Origin: Octopus sinensis
Taxonomy: Eukaryota
NCBI RefSeq assembly: GCF_006345805.1
Contig: NW_021828368.1
Location: forward strand, 1 to 8,713
Length of the DNA stretch: 8,713 nucleotides
Direction of reading: 5' to 3'
Position numbers and translations under genes: made by a program. Within the stretch, counting starts at the first letter, position 1. Each line of letters starts with the position of its first letter. This document shows positions 6,671-8,713 of this stretch, piece by piece. The notes under the pieces were generated by a model. It made no database searches. It was not told the DNA's origin and saw nothing but the letters and a program-made list of their open reading frames with translations.

Positions 6671-6680
<10 letters not shown>
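6534..6680 (+). mobile_element. ~147-bp hammerhead-bearing cassette (Penelope-like pLTR or retrozyme-like fragment)
   Basis: Non-SINE sequence absent from the 1-257 copy, embedded between two (TA)n runs. It holds the hammerhead motif followed by AATAAG and a T-rich end. Confidence 0.6.
6542..6637 (+). ncRNA. Type I hammerhead ribozyme motif (minimal palindromic stem III, enlarged stem II)
   Basis: Stem I 6542-6553/6627-6637 (11 bp, 2 G-U, 1 bulge). Core CUGAUGA 6554-6560. Stem II GAAGGC 6561-6566/GCCUUC 6609-6614. GAAA 6615-6618. Stem III within the palindrome ACAUAUGU 6618-6625. Cleavage triplet GUC 6624-6626. Confidence 0.82.
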
Positions 6681-6711
<31 letters not shown>

Positions 6712-7089
6712 GACGGGCTTCTTCAGTTTCCGTCTACCAAAATCGACTCACAAGGCTTTGGTCTGCCCGAGGCTACAGTAGAAGACAGCTGTCAAAGGCG
6801 CCACACAGTGGGACTGAACCCGGAACTATGTGGTTGGTAAGCAAGCTATTTACCACACAGCCACTCCTGCGCCTATATTAACTACATCATGTTTATGTCT
6901 ATGAATATGTTGATATTTAATTTTAGGCAGGACTATACATACAGACCGGACGTTGACTAATTTTCAGTAGAATAAATTATTTTATATTTGGCAGTGACTT
7001 CGAATTTTGCGTTTTCTTGTCTTCCTCTGAAGAAATCAAATGAGCTGAAACTGCGAAGTCTCTGTCAGATTTTCCTTTGTAAATGTTAC

Positions 7090-7383
7090 GTGTGTGTGTG
7101 TGTGGAGGGTGTGTGCTTGTGTGTGTGTATGCGTGTGTGCGTGTGTGTGTGCGCGTGTGTGTGTGCGTGTGTGTGTGTGTAAGCATACATACATGCATAC
7201 ACATACACACATATATATATACGCACACACACGTGTATGCACACGCATACATGTGTATGTATGCATGTATGTGTATATATATACATATACATATATATAT
7301 TTGTATATGTATATGATGTATATATATATCTGTGTGTGTACATATACACACATATATATATATGTGTTATATATATGTGTATG

Positions 7384-7419
<36 letters not shown>

Positions 7420-7496
7420 CACGCTGTACACTCATGTGTATGTATATATATATATATGTATGTATATATATTACATATATATATTATAATTATATA

Positions 7497-7530
<34 letters not shown>
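7090..7530. repeat. Compound (GT)n/(CA)n/(TA)n microsatellite
   Basis: Directly visible. Confidence 0.95.
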
Positions 7531-7531
<1 letters not shown>

Positions 7532-7752
7532 ACACGCTGTACATCAAGTACACCACATTTGCAACGCTCATGTAATTATTTGAAAGTATAAAGAATACGG
7601 CGACGACATTTTCTTCTTGTAAGGTTTCGCTTGTATTGAACAAATATTGACAAATCTCTTGGATAACACTTCGCTGTCTCTTGAAAAACTTCGGCTAGAA
7701 CGGAAGGGTTTTCCGTTGTTTCTCCGTTGTAAAGAGTTAGTTGCAAACTCTT

Positions 7753-7863
7753 GAAGAAAGAAAGAAAGGAAGGGCGGAAGGAAGGAAAGGAAGAAAAATG
7801 GAAGGAAGAAGATGAATGAAAAGGAAAAGAAGATGGAGGTGGTGGTTCAGGTGGAGGAAGAAG
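7753..7863. repeat. Purine-rich (GAAA/GGAA) low-complexity tract
   Basis: Directly visible. Confidence 0.8.
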
Positions 7864-8010
7864 TGAAAACGAAGAGGTGTTCCTTCGATCATTTTCCCTT
7901 CGTTCGTGTGAGTAAATCTACTTAGAAGAGCCACAGACAGGCTTTGAGATACGCGACCAGATCTGGTGACCCCCATCTCAAGCATTTTGTCTCACGTTGA
8001 CATAGAAATG

Positions 8011-8713
8011 CACATACAGAAACATAGGCACACATACACACACATACAGAAACATAGACACACATACACACACATACAGAAACATAGACACACATACACA
8101 CACATACAGAAACATAGACACACATACACACACATACAGAAACATAGACACACATACACACACATACAGAAACATAGACACACATACACACACATACAGA
8201 AACATAGAACACAAGACACCACAACAGAAACATAGACACACATAAACACACATACAGAAAACGTAGACACACATACACACACATACAGAAACATAGACAC
8301 ACATACACACACATACAGAAACATAGACACACATACACAAACATAGACACACATACACACACATACAGAAACATAGACACATACACACACATACAGAAAC
8401 ATAGACACACATACACACACATACAGAAACATAGAAACACATACACACACATACAGAAACATAGAGCACATATCACACACAACAGAAACATAGACACACA
8501 TACACACACATACAGAAAAATAGACACACATACACACACATACAGAAACATAGACACACATACACACACATACAGAAATAGACACACATACACAAACATA
8601 GACACACATACACACACATACAGAAACATAGACAACTACACACACATACCCCCCAGAAACATAGACACACATACACACACATACAGAAACATAGACACAC
8701 ATACACACACATA
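8011..8713. repeat. 30-bp minisatellite (CACATACAGAAACATAGACACACATACACA), ~23 units, running off the window end
   Basis: Near-exact 30-bp periodicity over 8011-8206, with variant units further on. Confidence 0.97.

Larger units (their letters stand above)
6436..6874 (-). mobile_element. SINE family A with intact tRNA-like head, 3'-truncated, interrupted inside its (TA)n tract
   Basis: Minus-strand A box TGGCTGTGTGG (6863-6853) and B box GGTTCAGTCC (6820-6811). The body matches 1-257, with (TA)n on both sides of 6534-6680. Confidence 0.9.

Noticed and set aside
7820-7913. Possible exon (EKEDGGGGSGGGRSENEEVFLRSF..) ending at a GTGAGT donor-like site
   Set aside because: It derives from a purine-rich low-complexity tract, has no convincing acceptor or start, and has no homology support.
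7922-8712. Long ORFs of 163-238 aa (CVYV/HIQKHRHTYT repeats)
   Set aside because: Stop-free translation of a 30-bp minisatellite in several frames and on both strands. No evidence of a real protein.
8011-8713. CRISPR-like regular periodicity
   Set aside because: No unique spacers; this is a head-to-tail minisatellite in eukaryotic repeat DNA.

Overview
Eukaryotic, repeat-saturated, non-coding DNA with no intact host gene. The SINE set resembles cephalopod (Octopus-like) repeats; this is from recall, not a database search. Contents: (1) three tRNA-derived SINE families, two copies with clear target-site duplications; (2) a heavily decayed RTE-clade LINE on the minus strand (~3282-4980), missed by the ORF track, whose reading frame is restored when one SINE and one TSD copy are removed; (3) an internally deleted Tc1/mariner DD37D (maT-type) transposase remnant; (4) a small TA-flanked MITE with CCGTATTT termini whose right end is tandemly duplicated; (5) a ~180-bp inverted duplication with arms 1.2 kb apart; (6) many microsatellites and a 30-bp minisatellite. 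The most notable signal is a complete type I hammerhead ribozyme motif at 6542-6637. It has a palindromic minimal stem III and an enlarged stem II, and lies in a ~147-bp cassette inside the (TA)n tract of a SINE. A second, truncated hammerhead-like relic may lie at 4985-5115. All long Cys/Val/His/Thr-rich ORFs are simple-repeat artefacts.
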